Assembly (NCBI GenBank): GCA_020137815.1 | Contig: CM035362.1 | Coordinates: 5,270,001-5,334,000, forward strand | Direction: 5' to 3' | DNA: 64,000 bases | From: Hormiphora californensis | Taxonomy: Eukaryota > Animalia > Ctenophora | Part shown: piece by piece, positions 61,639 through 64,000 of the stretch | Numbering within the stretch: the stretch's first letter is position 1 | Layout: every line of letters starts with the position of its first letter | Program-made: the position numbers and the translations under genes | The notes under the pieces: model-generated | The model's input: the letters and a program-made list of their open reading frames with translations, nothing else | The model's database searches: none | What the model was told of the DNA's origin: nothing

Positions 61639-63239
61639 CACGGTGCACCAGAAGAATCGTCAACCTAAAGTTGAGCCCGCAAAACAAACTTTTGCTGGGG
61701 GTGACCCAGGAGGCCTTCCTGAACATCCCCACGGTGAGAAAAGTATATGTTATCAGGGGAAATTTTTGTTAAAATCGAAAAAACTGGTTTTTGGTCCAAA
61801 TTTGTGCATAACTTACTTGACTGCCGTTTGATAAAATATCTGATTGACATAAAATAAGTATACAAGACCTATTTTTGCACGAGGAATCGATTGCCGGTGG
61901 AGAGAAATCTCTAAAATGACCGGAAAATTGTCAAATATGGGAATTTTGTCATTTTTTTGAGGTTTTTGGCCCTTTAACCATTGAAAACGTTGAGATAGGA
62001 AGTTGGCAATAGCGCCAATCGTTAAAATGGTCATTTTTCTACGGGATCCCAAAATTTCATGTATATCCGATTTATGGTTAGATTTTGGCAAACTATTGAG
62101 ATGTGCTTACTGAAAAAAGGATAACTTGATTTTCTCGTTTTTTTCGATTTTTTAACTTTTGACAGAATTCTGATTGAAATGGCCAATCAGGGCCATGCTA
62201 AAGTTGTTTATGGGACAATTTTCGACCAAAATCCAAGATTTCATGCAAATCCAATGACAGATCATTGATTTATAGAAAGTTGAAATAGGCAAAAAAGGCC
62301 AATTTTTACCATGAAAATAAAAATTCACATTTTTTCTGGTCAATTTCCGTCAACAACTGGTACCCTACCTATTTTTTAAATGATTGGAAAGCGGTCGAAA
62401 TGCCATTTTTGGGCGGTTTTTTGGGCCTCCAAAAGATGGCATTTTGACCGCTTTCCAATCATTTAAGAGGATCCACTCCACCGGCAATCGATTCTACGTG
62501 CAAAAATAGGTAGGGTACCAGTTGTTGACGGAAATTGACCAGAAAAAATGTGAATTTTTATTTTCATGGTAAAAATTGGCCTTTTTTGCCTATTTCAACT
62601 TTCTATAAATCAATGATCTGTCATTGGATTTGCATGAAATCTTGGATTTTGGTCGAAAATTGTCCCATAAACAACTTTAGCATGGCCCTGATTGGCCATT
62701 TCAATCAGAATTCTGTCAAAAGTTAAAAAATCGAAAAAAACGAGAAAATCAAGTTATCCTTTTTTCAGTAAGCACATCTCAATAGTTTGCCAAAATCTAA
62801 CCATAAATCGGATATACATGAAATTTTGGGATCCCGTAGAAAAATGACCATTTTAACGATTGGCGCTATTGCCAACTTCCTATCCCAACGTTTTCAATGG
62901 TTAAAGGGCCAAAAACCTCAAAAAAATGACAAAATTCCCATATTTGACAATTTTCCGGTCATTTTAGAGATTTCTCTCCACCGGCAATCGATTCCTCGTG
63001 CAAAAATAGGTCTTGTATACTTATTTTATGTCAATCAGATATTTTATCAAACGGCAGTCAAGTAAGTTATGCACAAATTTGGACCAAAAACCAGTTTTTT
63101 CGATTTTAACAAAAATTTCCCCCGATAACATATACTTTTCTCACCGTGGGGATGTTCAGGAAGGCCTCCTGGGTCACCCCCAGCAAAAGTTTGTTTTGCG
63201 GGCTCAACTTTAGGTTGACGATCCTTCTGGTGCACCGTG
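61639..63239. mobile_element. 1.6-kb foldback element, Chapaev-like
   Basis: ~735-bp inverted arms, CAC...GTG termini, 4-bp TSD TGTA. Confidence 0.88.
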
Positions 63240-63627
63240 TGTATGGATATTTAGTTTAGTATGATTTAATAAATCCTCACATAGTATCTCAAAACAGAAA
63301 AAAGAGAGGGGTATTGAATGTTTGTTAAAGGAAGGTTGCTTTGGCGAAAACGGGTATAAAGTAGGAAACGAGGCTACCTTATTACCGGAAAATAACGAAT
63401 ACTATGTGAGGATTTATTGAATCATACTAAACTAAATGTCCATACAGGGACACGGAGGGAAAACACTACAAAGGATCTAACTCTCATTCTTGTTCTCGCG
63501 AGTTTCAAAACAACGATGACACAATTATGATTAGGTTTAACCAGTATTCCAGTCTTAACAGCACACCCTATCTTGAAGGGTTCGTTGACTTTGCTCGGCC
63601 CACCGGAAATGATACTGTGGTAGGGAA

Positions 63628-63740
<113 letters not shown>

Positions 63741-64000
63741 GAGAGACTATTTATTTTATTATCACACTCACTTTGTAGGTAAAATCATCAAGCACCCCGC
63801 CCGGCAAGACTTTTGATCCAGACTTTTCCTCATTCCTGGCATTTTCGTCATTTCTCTCGTACTATTCTTTCAACTAACATTCTTCCTCCAGGATAGCGAG
63901 CGAATTGGGACAGTCAAATGGACGGACAACACAATAAAGTTCAGTAACTTTGCTGTTCTTGAAAGTACGTTACTATTATACAGTATGTTGATCAAGAAGC

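Overview
Eukaryotic (animal) genomic DNA with GT-AG introns, many (GA)n microsatellites and dense non-autonomous DNA transposons. It is probably an invertebrate or non-bilaterian; a ctenophore-like genome is my guess and is not established. Host genes reconstructed by hand: the 3' half of an integrin beta (+) with two alternative last exons; an RJL/DNAJC27-family small GTPase (-); an intronless EFHB (-); actin (-); a ~20-exon ER thioredoxin/PDI-fold gene ending HQEL (-) that hosts an antisense intronless signal-peptide/dibasic-site/LDLa gene; PSMD3/Rpn3 (+); and an Ig-domain gene (+). The Ig gene's 8.5-kb intron contains a near-intact R4/Dong-like non-LTR retrotransposon that sits in a (GA)n tract and starts with an HDV-like ribozyme fold, followed by a 14-copy tandem array of the intron's own splice acceptor. 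A 5.3-kb TIR element with a 6-bp TSD carries nested retroelements and spliced exon relics. Regions ~5.1-7.0 kb and ~44.2-47.1 kb look like low-quality consensus sequence. All exon structures are manual inferences without transcript data.
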